Program-made: the position numbers and the translations under genes
The notes under the pieces: model-generated
Told to the model about the DNA's origin: nothing
Database searches by the model: none
Seen by the model: the letters and a program-made list of their open reading frames with translations, nothing else
Source: an uncultured Candidatus Saccharibacteria bacterium
GTDB lineage: Bacteria > Patescibacteriota > WWE3 > UBA101185 > UBA10185
Length of the DNA: 64,000 bases
NCBI GenBank assembly: GCA_964510435.1
Contig: CAZEBU010000002.1
Coordinates: 81,080 to 145,079, forward strand
Direction of reading: 5' to 3'
Shown: piece after piece, positions 38,697 through 48,536 of the stretch
Numbering within the stretch: the stretch's first letter is position 1
Layout of the letters: each line of letters starts with the position of its first letter

Positions 38697-39805
38697 AACC
38701 ACTCATAGCTGGAAAATAACCAGTTAAGCAAATTTCTTGTATCCAGAAATCTATCATCGCTGGCTAGAACAATGATGGTTATGTCTTTCACTCCTTCGTT
38801 ATATTGATAGATTAAGACTTCCCCTGCGCCTGTTGTGGTACCTGTTTTTACACCCACCGTACCTGGTATTTCCCATAATAATCTATTGGTATTTGATATA
38901 TTCACCTCAAACTCCCCGTTCACATCATAAAAAGTATGATCCTTGGTTTGGTATATCTCTCTAATCAGGGGAATCTTAGCAGCCTCCCTGGACAACAAAT
39001 ATAAATCCCACGCTGAAGAGTAGTGAGAACCATCCTGTCCATCCAAGCCAATTTCATTGGTGAAAAATGTATCGTTCATACCAAGGTCTTGGGCTTTTTT
39101 GTTCATTAGATCTATAAAAACCAACCTGCTAAATTTCGAGGATGAGAGAACACAGCTTGCGTCAGCTGCTGAGCTCACCAGTAAGCTGTAGAGTAAGTCT
39201 TTCACTATAAACTCTCTGTCCAGAGGTAACCATAACTTTGTACTATCAACTGCCGTACAATCAGGAGTAATAGTAAGAACTTCATTTTCCGAGTAAATAT
39301 CCATAGCCACCAAAGCGGTCATTAATTTTGTAGTAGAAGCCGGTGCGAAAGTTCTCCGCAAATTATGTTCGCTGAGCACTTTTTGTGAATTATTATCTAC
39401 AACCACATGAGCTTTTGCTGTAATAAAAGGGAAGGCAATTTTATTAGTCAGCACGGGACCCTTTTTTAAAGTGCCCGACACTCCCAAAACAGTGCTACCA
39501 GCGGGGGAATTCCCGCTGTAAGATGGTTCGCCATAAATGTAAGTAATTATTCCCGTATGTAGCAAAGAAATGTTACTTTGGTAAGTCTCTTGCCTTAGGA
39601 CATACCTTACAGGCAAAAATAATACCGCCACAAAAAGGCTAACTACTGCAAACTGGTAAATCAATCCGTAGAAACGTTTTTTCTGAACAACAATAGAAAT
39701 GTAGTCAAAAAACCACAGGAAAGAGATGAGGTATCTGATGATGATAAATTGTAATTTTTGTATCAGTGTTAATGCCACATTAAAAAAAATCTTAAAAATA
39801 CTCAA
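38693..39805 (-). CDS. D-alanyl-D-alanine carboxypeptidase-like protein (peptidase S11)
   Basis: PASTTKLMTA (SxxK), NTNRLL, GVKTGTT; start uncertain. Confidence 0.88.
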   Translation of the reverse strand: MSIFKIFFNVALTLIQKLQFIIIRYLISFLWFFDYISIVVQKKRFYGLIYQFAVVSLFVAVLFLPVRYVLRQETYQSNISLLHTGIITYIYGEPSYSGNSPAGSTVLGVSGTLKKGPVLTNKIAFPFITAKAHVVVDNNSQKVLSEHNLRRTFAPASTTKLMTALVAMDIYSENEVLTITPDCTAVDSTKLWLPLDREFIVKDLLYSLLVSSAADASCVLSSSKFSRLVFIDLMNKKAQDLGMNDTFFTNEIGLDGQDGSHYSSAWDLYLLSREAAKIPLIREIYQTKDHTFYDVNGEFEVNISNTNRLLWEIPGTVGVKTGTTTGAGEVLIYQYNEGVKDITIIVLASDDRFLDTRNLLNWLFSSYEWF

Positions 39806-39824
39806 ATGAGATTAAATAATTCCT

Positions 39825-41120
39825 TTAGGGAGAAATTCTTTTTACATCTCTAGGCAGATAGGTAGCTTCTTTGACACTGGGCAGATCCAGCAAGAGCATA
39901 ATAATTCTACCCGGACCTAAGCCACCGCCACCATGAGGCGGGCAACCGTATCTAAAAAAGTTCAAATAGTCTTTTATAGTATCTAAGGAGACATTTTTTT
40001 CCCCAGCCTGTTTTTCTAAATATTCCACCCTGTGTTCTCTCTGTGCGCCGGTGACAATTTCCACTCCTTTATATATCAGATCATAGCTCATGGTCAAATG
40101 CGGTTTATCCTCATATCTCATGTGGTAGAAGGGTCTCACCTCTATGGGGTAATCAATAAGATAAACGTAATCGGATCCTGTTTCCTCCTTAAACATTTTA
40201 CCTAGTTCGCGTTCTTCCTCCGGGCTGACATCATGCGGTCTCTCACTTTTTACACCTCTTTTTTTCAGAGCATCTTTGGCATCTTCCATGGTGATCCTAG
40301 GAAACGGTCTTTGAGGAAGCTCCAGATCAGGTAGAAGTACTTTTTTTGCCTGTTCCATCATGGAAAACATAATGTTTTCCAGTTCGTCCATAACATCAAA
40401 ATGAGAATCTATATAGGAGATCTCAAAATCCCAGCCGGTAAACTCTGTCATGTGCCTGGTAGTAAAGGAAGGTTCTGCCCTAAACACCGGTCCCACCATA
40501 AAAACTTTTTCGAAACCGGCCGCCAAAGCTGCTTGTTTGTAGAATTGCGGTGATTGAGCAAGGAATGCCTTACGATCAAAATAATTAATTTCAAAGACCT
40601 CGGACCCGGACTCGCTAGGTGCATTCATAATGGCGGGCGTATATATTTGAAAGTAGTTCTCTTTTTCGAAAAAACTTCTCATGCCTTTTTCCAGTTCGGT
40701 CCATATTCTAAAAATCTTTTGCTTTTCAGGCTTCCTTAAGTCAATCCAACGCCAGTCAAAACGAGTTGATACATCCGTTTCCTCACCACCTTTTTCAACA
40801 ACTACCGGTATGGGAAGCCTAGGGTCGGCATTGGATAAAACTTCAATTTTTTCTATAGCCACTTCGATACCACCGGGAGCCTGTTTTTCCTTTTTCACTT
40901 TACCTTCTATGGACACTACGGACTCGTGACTTAAGTGGTCAACAATATCAAAAACTTCCTCATTTTCAGCCTGTACAACCACGGTTTGGATCGTGCCGGT
41001 TACATCTCTGATGATTAAAAAGGCAATTTTTCCCTGATTTCTTATTGTTTGTACAAAACCTTTAATCAAGACATCCTTACCGACATATGCAGATAGATCT
41101 TTGGTCTGGGTTCTTTTCAT
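39825..41120 (-). CDS. aspS: Aspartate-tRNA ligase, archaeal/non-discriminating type
   Basis: LAQSPQFYKQ, GPVFRAE, GAQREH, FRYGCPPHGG; 431 aa with no GAD insert. Confidence 0.93.
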   Translation of the reverse strand: MKRTQTKDLSAYVGKDVLIKGFVQTIRNQGKIAFLIIRDVTGTIQTVVVQAENEEVFDIVDHLSHESVVSIEGKVKKEKQAPGGIEVAIEKIEVLSNADPRLPIPVVVEKGGEETDVSTRFDWRWIDLRKPEKQKIFRIWTELEKGMRSFFEKENYFQIYTPAIMNAPSESGSEVFEINYFDRKAFLAQSPQFYKQAALAAGFEKVFMVGPVFRAEPSFTTRHMTEFTGWDFEISYIDSHFDVMDELENIMFSMMEQAKKVLLPDLELPQRPFPRITMEDAKDALKKRGVKSERPHDVSPEEERELGKMFKEETGSDYVYLIDYPIEVRPFYHMRYEDKPHLTMSYDLIYKGVEIVTGAQREHRVEYLEKQAGEKNVSLDTIKDYLNFFRYGCPPHGGGGLGPGRIIMLLLDLPSVKEATYLPRDVKRISP

Positions 41121-41156
41121 AACTACTTACATTCAACTTATTATCCTACATATTTT

Positions 41157-41438
41157 TTGTCAATCCTTTGTTGTACAATGAAAACGATGGATGGAAAATA
41201 CATCAAAGCCATGTTTAAAATATTTCTGGTCATGGTAGTCATTGCCCTTGCGGTACAAGCTGTCTCGCTAGGTATATATTGGTATCAAAGGAGAAATTTC
41301 GAGGATAAGGAGTATATAAAAAACAATAAAGAGAAATGTGAAAAAGTTCTAAGCGGAGAAGAAGGAGATTTGACCGATTACTCTTTTTGTAAGAGATTCA
41401 TGGGGTGGTTGGAGGTCAACACCAGATTAGACGACTAG
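41157..41438 (+). CDS. Small membrane-anchored hypothetical protein
   Basis: One TM helix and a Cys pair; true start probably a downstream ATG. Confidence 0.6.
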   Translation: MSILCCTMKTMDGKYIKAMFKIFLVMVVIALAVQAVSLGIYWYQRRNFEDKEYIKNNKEKCEKVLSGEEGDLTDYSFCKRFMGWLEVNTRLDD

Positions 41439-42676
41439 TTTTCATCAACCTCAATTAAATAAGTGAGCAAAGAGGCTACCATTGCCAGAATAAAAACCCA
41501 TTTCCAGTATGTAAATACTTGTAAGGCTATGAGAACACTGACAGCCATGATGACAACTCCAGCATGTACAGTTAATTCTCTGTACATAAAATAGTCAGAA
41601 CCTCCAAGCTTTTTGGCTTTTTCATATGACAGGGACATAAGTGGCAGGGAAATAGCTCCGGATACGAATCTATCCATAATGTTAAGCCCATAAAAAAGTG
41701 TAGGACTGCTAAAAAAAATTCTGGGTAGATAAAGAACCGCATTTACTAAAGTGCCAATGGCATGTATTTTTTTTGTCCCGTGCTTATCGATCATTTTTCC
41801 AATAAACAAAACTGTGATCGAAGAAATAAGAAAAGATAGGGTATTCACAAAGCCAATGGAAGCAAAGTTTTGCAAAACAAAAAAAAGTAGTATGGGCCAG
41901 AATGTAGCGTATATGGCAAACTCAAAACCTTGGCCAAAGTAACTAAGTGATAGGTTCTTCATTTTACTATTTAGCAAGTAGTTTTTTAGTACTTTTAAAG
42001 TACTGTGTTTTTTGTGTTTCCAATCATGAATAACAAAAGTAATCGGCAGCGCTGCTACAACGAGAAGGATTATGCTGATACTAAATAAAACACCAAAACC
42101 ATACCAAACAATTATTATCCCACCTATGGCGGGTCCCAAGCCGGAAAATAATCTGGTTAAAAAAAATCTCAAACTGGTGTTTTTTGCAAAGTGTTTTTTA
42201 AATTTACCAACTTTTCGCAAGAAAAAAACATGGAAAGGAATCCAATAAAAAGTGACTTTAAATCCGGCGAGTGAACCTGCCAATAGAATTAAGAAGAGAT
42301 TATCCTTAGATAAATACCAAAGCATAATTTCTACAATTAAAATAACGAAGCTGACGATCATAGAAAGTTGAAAATGAAACTTAGAAAATATCGTCTCACC
42401 AAAAAGTAGAAGAGAAATCCAAACAAAGGTAGAACGGAGCAAATAGTACACCAGCACCCAAGAAATACCATTGATGACAATGTTACCGCTAAAAAATAAA
42501 AAACTCTCGGAAATATTATAAATATAAATTGGTAAAAATATACCCACCAGAGAAACGGCCATAACTCTTATAGCGTGGGTTAGGTAAAGGGCACTATTTT
42601 CGGAAAGATGAATTCCGTGGTCTTTGTGATAAAAGGGAAAATGAAAATGTACTTTTGAATATATATCTGAGGGCAT
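41435..42676 (-). CDS. MFS-like transporter
   Basis: About 12 hydrophobic segments; GPAIGG and GKMIDKHG motifs. Confidence 0.8.
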   Translation of the reverse strand: MPSDIYSKVHFHFPFYHKDHGIHLSENSALYLTHAIRVMAVSLVGIFLPIYIYNISESFLFFSGNIVINGISWVLVYYLLRSTFVWISLLLFGETIFSKFHFQLSMIVSFVILIVEIMLWYLSKDNLFLILLAGSLAGFKVTFYWIPFHVFFLRKVGKFKKHFAKNTSLRFFLTRLFSGLGPAIGGIIIVWYGFGVLFSISIILLVVAALPITFVIHDWKHKKHSTLKVLKNYLLNSKMKNLSLSYFGQGFEFAIYATFWPILLFFVLQNFASIGFVNTLSFLISSITVLFIGKMIDKHGTKKIHAIGTLVNAVLYLPRIFFSSPTLFYGLNIMDRFVSGAISLPLMSLSYEKAKKLGGSDYFMYRELTVHAGVVIMAVSVLIALQVFTYWKWVFILAMVASLLTYLIEVDEN

Positions 42677-42690
42677 AGGTTTATTTTATA

Positions 42691-44346
42691 TTATTCTAAG
42701 GTAGGTTTTTTAATATCCTTTAAGATCAAATCTATATAGGTCTGCGAATTATAAATATTTTTCTTTAGATTGTAGGCTACGTCTACTACATCCCCTACCT
42801 CAATATTTAAATTTAGATCATTTTCATTAAAAAGAATGGCTTTGTAAAATTTTTCTCCGCTCACAAACTTTAATGACAAGTGTCGCCCGTCCTTACCCAC
42901 TCTATTAACGGATGATACTCCCATTTCCCGAGTAGCAAAAACGGGTTGGTTATTACCTAAACCATATGGCCTCAACTTATCCAGATCATCTATTAAACCT
43001 TCATTTATAACCGAGGAGGGTACCTGTAGATCTACTTCTAGAACTCTGATAAATAAATCTTCGCTTATCATCTTTTTAGATAGCCTCTCTAGGTTTTCCA
43101 ACATCTCTTCGAATTTGTCAGCATGGATACTAAATCCTGCCGCCATAGGATGCCCACCTAAACTCAAGAACAAATCTTCTATCTCTCTCAACAGTTCAAT
43201 GATGTTTACGCCTGGTATAGATCTTACTGAACCCTTATAAACATCGTTGGTGGTGCTAATAACTACCGCGGGTCTGTAATACTTTTTTGCTAATCTTGAT
43301 GCCACCAACCCTATTATTCCCTCATGATAATTCTCATTATGAGAAACGATCACGTGCGGTATTTCTTTTTCATCCACTTTTGTTGCCAACTCGTACATTT
43401 CAAATGTCTTATCCTGACGCGCGCTGTTTATTTGATTTAGCTTCCAAGCCAACTCTTTCACCTTGGCGGGGTCGTTTTCCAAAAGTAAATTCAAAGAATC
43501 AACCGCGTCCTCTACCCTACCACTGGCATTTAGCCTTGGGCCTATCAACCATCCTAGATCATAAGTGGTAACTTCCACACCTTTTTTGCCGGAAAGTTCT
43601 AAAAGTGATCTTATCCCTGGGGGAGGTGCGGTATTTAGTATTTCCAGACCCTTTTTTACTATCGTACGATTAAAACCAAGGACTGGTTGTAAATCGGTTA
43701 CAGTGGCTAAGCAGCAATATGACATAAAATGGGGGTCGTCAGCACCCAATACGCTGGCTAATAACCAAGATATGGTAGCTCCAACAACCTGATCATACCA
43801 AACGATTACATCGGCTTTTGGAACTTCGGGTGGCTTCTGATGGTGATCAGTAATAATTACTTGATGGTCATCTCTTTTCAATAATTCAACTTCTGCAGAG
43901 GAGGTAATTCCACTATCAACTGTGATGACTAAAACCCCCTTCTCAACCTCTTTCTTATCTAATCTCTCTAGGGCGGCCTCAATCGAACTTTTCGATAAAC
44001 CATAGCCGTGTTCAAATCTATTGGGAATAAAAGCGTAAACATTCTTATACCCCAATTTATGCTGTAATGTACTATACAAAATAGCGGTGGCACAAATACC
44101 ATCTACGTCATAATCCCCATGAATAATAATCACTTTTTCTTTTTCTATAAACTCATTAATTAAAGTTCTCGCTGATCTAAGAGATAAGAGAAGCTCTTTA
44201 GGAAGTTTTTTAAACCAATAAGATACGGGTGGTGGGTTAAGGAAAGTATCTTTTTCATCATCTGTAATGTATCCGCGATTTTCCAGTATTTTTTTGATTA
44301 CATCTCCTTTGCCGTCGTACTCATCCATAATTTCCCATTTGTACAT
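42691..44346 (-). CDS. recJ: ssDNA exonuclease RecJ
   Basis: GDYDVDG, PNRFEHGYGL, ITVDSG, TDHH, PRLNASGR, GGHPMAAG. Confidence 0.96.
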   Translation of the reverse strand: MYKWEIMDEYDGKGDVIKKILENRGYITDDEKDTFLNPPPVSYWFKKLPKELLLSLRSARTLINEFIEKEKVIIIHGDYDVDGICATAILYSTLQHKLGYKNVYAFIPNRFEHGYGLSKSSIEAALERLDKKEVEKGVLVITVDSGITSSAEVELLKRDDHQVIITDHHQKPPEVPKADVIVWYDQVVGATISWLLASVLGADDPHFMSYCCLATVTDLQPVLGFNRTIVKKGLEILNTAPPPGIRSLLELSGKKGVEVTTYDLGWLIGPRLNASGRVEDAVDSLNLLLENDPAKVKELAWKLNQINSARQDKTFEMYELATKVDEKEIPHVIVSHNENYHEGIIGLVASRLAKKYYRPAVVISTTNDVYKGSVRSIPGVNIIELLREIEDLFLSLGGHPMAAGFSIHADKFEEMLENLERLSKKMISEDLFIRVLEVDLQVPSSVINEGLIDDLDKLRPYGLGNNQPVFATREMGVSSVNRVGKDGRHLSLKFVSGEKFYKAILFNENDLNLNIEVGDVVDVAYNLKKNIYNSQTYIDLILKDIKKPTLE

Positions 44347-44394
44347 AAGCCAATTAGAACATCAAACAAAAAATATTACAAGACAAAATGCATC

Positions 44395-45306
44395 TTACCT
44401 TCTTTTCTTTCTAGAGATATGCTCCTCCCAAAAAACCAGTGTAGGGCTAGCTGTAAATATTGACGAATAAGTTCCGGAAAGTATGCCAATAAGCAGTGCT
44501 AAAACAAAGTTTTTTATAGTTTCACCACCTAATATATAAAGTGAAAACAAGGTAATTAATACCGTAAGAGAAGTGGCAAATGATCTGTTCAAAGTTTCCA
44601 CGACAGAAAAGTTTACCACTCTCTCAAATCCCCAGCCTGGAGGTAATTTCTTTAAATTTTCCCTAATACGGTCAAAAACTACTATTGAGTCATGAATAGA
44701 AAAACCAATAACTGTTAGAGTGGCGGTAATAAAAAGGGCATCAATTTCAATATTGTAAATTCTCCCTAAAATAGAAAATATACCCAGCAGCAAAAATGCG
44801 TCGTGCAGCATAGCTACAAGGGCACTAACACCAAATCTCAAACTTGAATAGGGTTTGGGAATATTCCTGAAGACAAAAGTAATATAAAGCATAATGCCGA
44901 GAGAGGCTAATCCTAAAGCCTTAAATGCATTTATGGTGGTCTCTTTACCAATGGATGGCCCAACAGTTTCAAATGAGTCTTGTCTTATGCCGGGTATCTT
45001 TCCTAATAATTCTAAACTTATCTCATCATTAAGTGTTGATTCAACGGGATTGGTGCGTACTTCAAGTACTTGCTTATCGGAATACACTTCGTTTATCTTT
45101 ATACCTTTTTCCCGAATAGTATTTTCCACCTCTTCTCTAGCAATATCAACATCGTCTAAGTCACCAAGGTTATACTTAAAAACGGATCCGCCTGTGAAAT
45201 CTACCGCTAAATTCAACCCAAAAAGAATCAGAGAGATTATACCGGGAATAAGTATCACGCTGGAAAATATCAGATATAACTTTTTGTACTTCATGAGATC
45301 AATCAT
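44395..45306 (-). CDS. secF: Protein translocase subunit SecF
   Basis: VDFTGGS, VGPSIG, GFSIHDSIVVFDRIREN. Confidence 0.96.
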   Translation of the reverse strand: MIDLMKYKKLYLIFSSVILIPGIISLILFGLNLAVDFTGGSVFKYNLGDLDDVDIAREEVENTIREKGIKINEVYSDKQVLEVRTNPVESTLNDEISLELLGKIPGIRQDSFETVGPSIGKETTINAFKALGLASLGIMLYITFVFRNIPKPYSSLRFGVSALVAMLHDAFLLLGIFSILGRIYNIEIDALFITATLTVIGFSIHDSIVVFDRIRENLKKLPPGWGFERVVNFSVVETLNRSFATSLTVLITLFSLYILGGETIKNFVLALLIGILSGTYSSIFTASPTLVFWEEHISRKKRR

Positions 45307-46693
45307 CTTTAGCTACTCCTCTGTAATTACCCACGTTGAAAACTTCTATTAATGTTCTAACTATAAAAATAGAGGTAAACAAGGAAACCAAAATACCTAT
45401 GGCTAAAGTTAAAGCGAACCCCTTGACCGGTCCCGTACCAAACTCAAAAAGTATGTAGGCTGTAATTAATGAGGAAATGTTAGAATCCCTAATGGAGCTC
45501 CAGGCTCTGTTAAAACCGTGTTTTATAGCTAGACTCTGAGGTTTTCCCCAGAGTATCTCCTCTTTTATCCTTTCGAAAATTAAAATATTGGCATCGCTGG
45601 CCATACCAATAGAAAGAATAAATCCGGCAAGTCCCGGCAAAGTTAGCACAACGGGAATAGCTTTAAAAATGGCTAAAACAATAATGGTGTAAGTGATAAG
45701 TGAGACGCCAGCCAAAACCCCCAATCTCTTATACATATAGAACATAAAAAGTAGCACTAACCCTAACCCCACCAAACCAGCAAAAAAACTTTTATTAATA
45801 GATTCCTCACCCAAAGTGGCGCCAATAGCCCTTTGCTCTACTACGCTCACCGAAATGGGCAATGCTCCGGCTCTAATTTGCACACTTAAATTTCTTGCTT
45901 GGGTGAGATCAAAATTACCACTAATAATTGGGTCGCTGATCAATCCCTGTGCCAGCTGGCTGTCTACTACCGCCATGGACAAAGGTACAGTTTCTTGATC
46001 TAAAAAGATAGCAATGGGTTTATTAACATTTTCCTTGGCTATCTCCGAAAACCTCTCCAGTCCTTCCTCGCTGAATCTCAATTGTATCTGCGGCCGATTA
46101 GCGTTTCGAATATCAGCCTCTGAACCAAAAACTACATCCGCTCCTTCTAGATCTGCACCTGTAATGCCTGTCTCTTCCCACACTTCAGGATCAAAATAGT
46201 ATTCCTGATACTTTTCCTCCACCCATTCCTTATCCTCTTTTAAGACCATAAATTTCAGTTGGGCTGTCTGGCCGATAAGATCAATGGCATCCGTAATCTC
46301 ATCCAAGCCGGGGATCTCCACAACGATACGGTATTCTTCCCCAATCTTAACCGTGGCGATGAAGGGTTCCGACACACCCAGTAGGTTAACTCTTCTCTCA
46401 ATCACCCGCATAGCTGACTCTACAGCGTTTTCAGACTCCTCAGGCGAAATGCCGGCAAGGTCTGCTTGTAAAACAATTCTCACTCCGCCATTTAAATCTA
46501 ACCCTCTCTTAAACCTGGAAAAATCAAAAGTATAACGACCACCAAGAACACTAAATTGATATCCTCCAATATGAGAATCAATTTTCAGCCACTTATTGTC
46601 AGACTTAATATCGATCCTGGGTAAAACAATAAGAAGACAAACAGCCGCAATGGTGGATATTAATCCTAATCTAAAGTAAACGCTCTTAAACAT
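45299..46693 (-). CDS. secD: Protein translocase subunit SecD
   Basis: GLDLNGG, RVNLLGVSEP, LTLPGLAG, DANILIFERIKEE. Confidence 0.96.
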   Translation of the reverse strand: MFKSVYFRLGLISTIAAVCLLIVLPRIDIKSDNKWLKIDSHIGGYQFSVLGGRYTFDFSRFKRGLDLNGGVRIVLQADLAGISPEESENAVESAMRVIERRVNLLGVSEPFIATVKIGEEYRIVVEIPGLDEITDAIDLIGQTAQLKFMVLKEDKEWVEEKYQEYYFDPEVWEETGITGADLEGADVVFGSEADIRNANRPQIQLRFSEEGLERFSEIAKENVNKPIAIFLDQETVPLSMAVVDSQLAQGLISDPIISGNFDLTQARNLSVQIRAGALPISVSVVEQRAIGATLGEESINKSFFAGLVGLGLVLLFMFYMYKRLGVLAGVSLITYTIIVLAIFKAIPVVLTLPGLAGFILSIGMASDANILIFERIKEEILWGKPQSLAIKHGFNRAWSSIRDSNISSLITAYILFEFGTGPVKGFALTLAIGILVSLFTSIFIVRTLIEVFNVGNYRGVAKDD

Positions 46694-46698
46694 CTTTA

Positions 46699-47289
46699 TT
46701 AAATCACTGCGTAGAACTCTTCTTCGTCTCCAATGAGCATGGTTCTACTTTGAGAAAGGATCTTGGCTACAAAATGGTCGTTTTTTCTCTTTCGAAACAT
46801 AAAATCCTCTTCGGACATGACAGAGAAATTAATCTCTCTGCCCATCTCTCTTTCACCCATAGAAACAATTCTTTTTATTATCTCCATATTTATATCACCC
46901 ACCATTAACAAATCTACATCCAAAACCGTAGATTTCCTTCCCCTTAAAAATGCCGTTGATAAAACAGCAAATTTAATACTGCCTAGGTCTTTGATATTCC
47001 TAAGTATTAATCCTCCCAATCCATCCTCTTTGGTTACCAAGGAGAGAAGTTCAGAAAAATAGATATGTGAAGCATCTGCTTTGTAGTAGATCCGGTTACC
47101 GCTCTGCCTCTTTTTTAGTAACCCCATACTTTCCAACTTAGCCAGTTCGCGTCTTACAGCGTTTATTTCCGCCTCTACACTACGCACAATAGCTCTAACA
47201 TGGTACTGTTCTTCAGGCTGGGAAAGCATCATTTTTAGTATCTTCAGTCTTACCTCGGATACAAATAAGTTTTTGAGATTATCAGACAT
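46699..47289 (-). CDS. Winged-HTH plus nucleotidyltransferase-like domain protein
   Basis: N-terminal wHTH (INAVRRELAKLESMGLL); DVDLLMVGD. Confidence 0.72.
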   Translation of the reverse strand: MSDNLKNLFVSEVRLKILKMMLSQPEEQYHVRAIVRSVEAEINAVRRELAKLESMGLLKKRQSGNRIYYKADASHIYFSELLSLVTKEDGLGGLILRNIKDLGSIKFAVLSTAFLRGRKSTVLDVDLLMVGDINMEIIKRIVSMGEREMGREINFSVMSEEDFMFRKRKNDHFVAKILSQSRTMLIGDEEEFYAVI

Positions 47290-47316
47290 TTTTGTAAAGT
47301 CTAGGACAGATAACTC

Positions 47317-48498
47317 TTAATTATATACAACTTGTTCTACATTTCTATCAGGCACGATAGAAATCCAGAACTTACCTCTGCTAAATTCGATCTCCTCTCC
47401 ATCTAGGTCATAAAACATAGTACGGGCATCCCTATCCTCTTTGGTCCAAGTGGCCTCCACAACCCGCCCGTCAACAAAAATAAGGCCGGTGCCACTGCCT
47501 ACCAACTCGTATTCCAATCTGCTCTTATCATCGCCTATTATGGGAGTTTCAGCGACGAACTGTACAATAACATTTTCAACGGTAATTTGCTCCTTAGTCT
47601 CCCTATCCACGTGCGGTGCGGGGTTGCCGTCTGCATCGTACCCCATAAACCTCAGATAGTGCTTTTCTTCGGGGTTGTACTTAAAAATAGCCGAATAATC
47701 GCCCTCGTACCAAAAATCAATCGTTAAATTCCAGGCCTCTTGCTTATCCTGGTACTTTTCGCTGCCATCAAATTTCCAAACTTTAAATTCCCTATTACCT
47801 GCCCACCCCAAAGAATCTCCGTGCTCTCTAAGTTTTACGCCATTAGTATAGAGAGTGTGCTCAAAAGCCACATTAAGACTTTCATCGCGCCAATTAGCTG
47901 TTGCAGAGGCACCCCCTCTGAAGAGGCTGCGCACCAGCCATTCATCAATAGCTAACTTCGCCTGGGGGGAATAACCTTCATGCATAAGCATAGCATCACC
48001 CATTTCCTTCACTAGAACCAGATAATACTCCCTAGTACTCCTTACCGGACCTATTTTTTCCGGTGTTTCATTAAGATAAAAAGATATAAACCTAGTAATA
48101 CCACCCTCGGCAACGACCTCATAGACAAAATCTGCATAAATTAAACCTGATTGCGGTCTGGCGTCAATGTGGTTATTGATCATCACAGCTAAAGGTCTTA
48201 TATCTTTCCAGGCTTCGGCATCTTTTTCATCAATTTCTGCACCTGTGATGGGATTTTGTACAACATTTTCCGGTCTTGAACCGCTGCCGTCTCTACCCAT
48301 TCTATTTTTTATAAAATCAAAGGGTGATTTTTTCAATAAAAAAATCCATACGACTAGGAAAATAAAAAAGGCAGTTACCGAACCAATAACGATGGGTAAT
48401 ATTTGATTTTTCTTTTTGGGTTCTTCTACATTGAACTTAGAAACGTGAGGTGCATCTTGGATAGGAACATCCGAAGTGTTGTTATTATTCATCTCCAT
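47317..48498 (-). CDS. DUF3048-family membrane-anchored protein
   Basis: RPLAVMINNH..ARPQSGL..AD.VYE..AEGGITR, GPVRSTR. Confidence 0.88.
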   Translation of the reverse strand: MEMNNNNTSDVPIQDAPHVSKFNVEEPKKKNQILPIVIGSVTAFFIFLVVWIFLLKKSPFDFIKNRMGRDGSGSRPENVVQNPITGAEIDEKDAEAWKDIRPLAVMINNHIDARPQSGLIYADFVYEVVAEGGITRFISFYLNETPEKIGPVRSTREYYLVLVKEMGDAMLMHEGYSPQAKLAIDEWLVRSLFRGGASATANWRDESLNVAFEHTLYTNGVKLREHGDSLGWAGNREFKVWKFDGSEKYQDKQEAWNLTIDFWYEGDYSAIFKYNPEEKHYLRFMGYDADGNPAPHVDRETKEQITVENVIVQFVAETPIIGDDKSRLEYELVGSGTGLIFVDGRVVEATWTKEDRDARTMFYDLDGEEIEFSRGKFWISIVPDRNVEQVVYN

Positions 48499-48536
48499 GT
48501 ACTCATTATATATATTGAGTACAAAACTTGTCTAGT

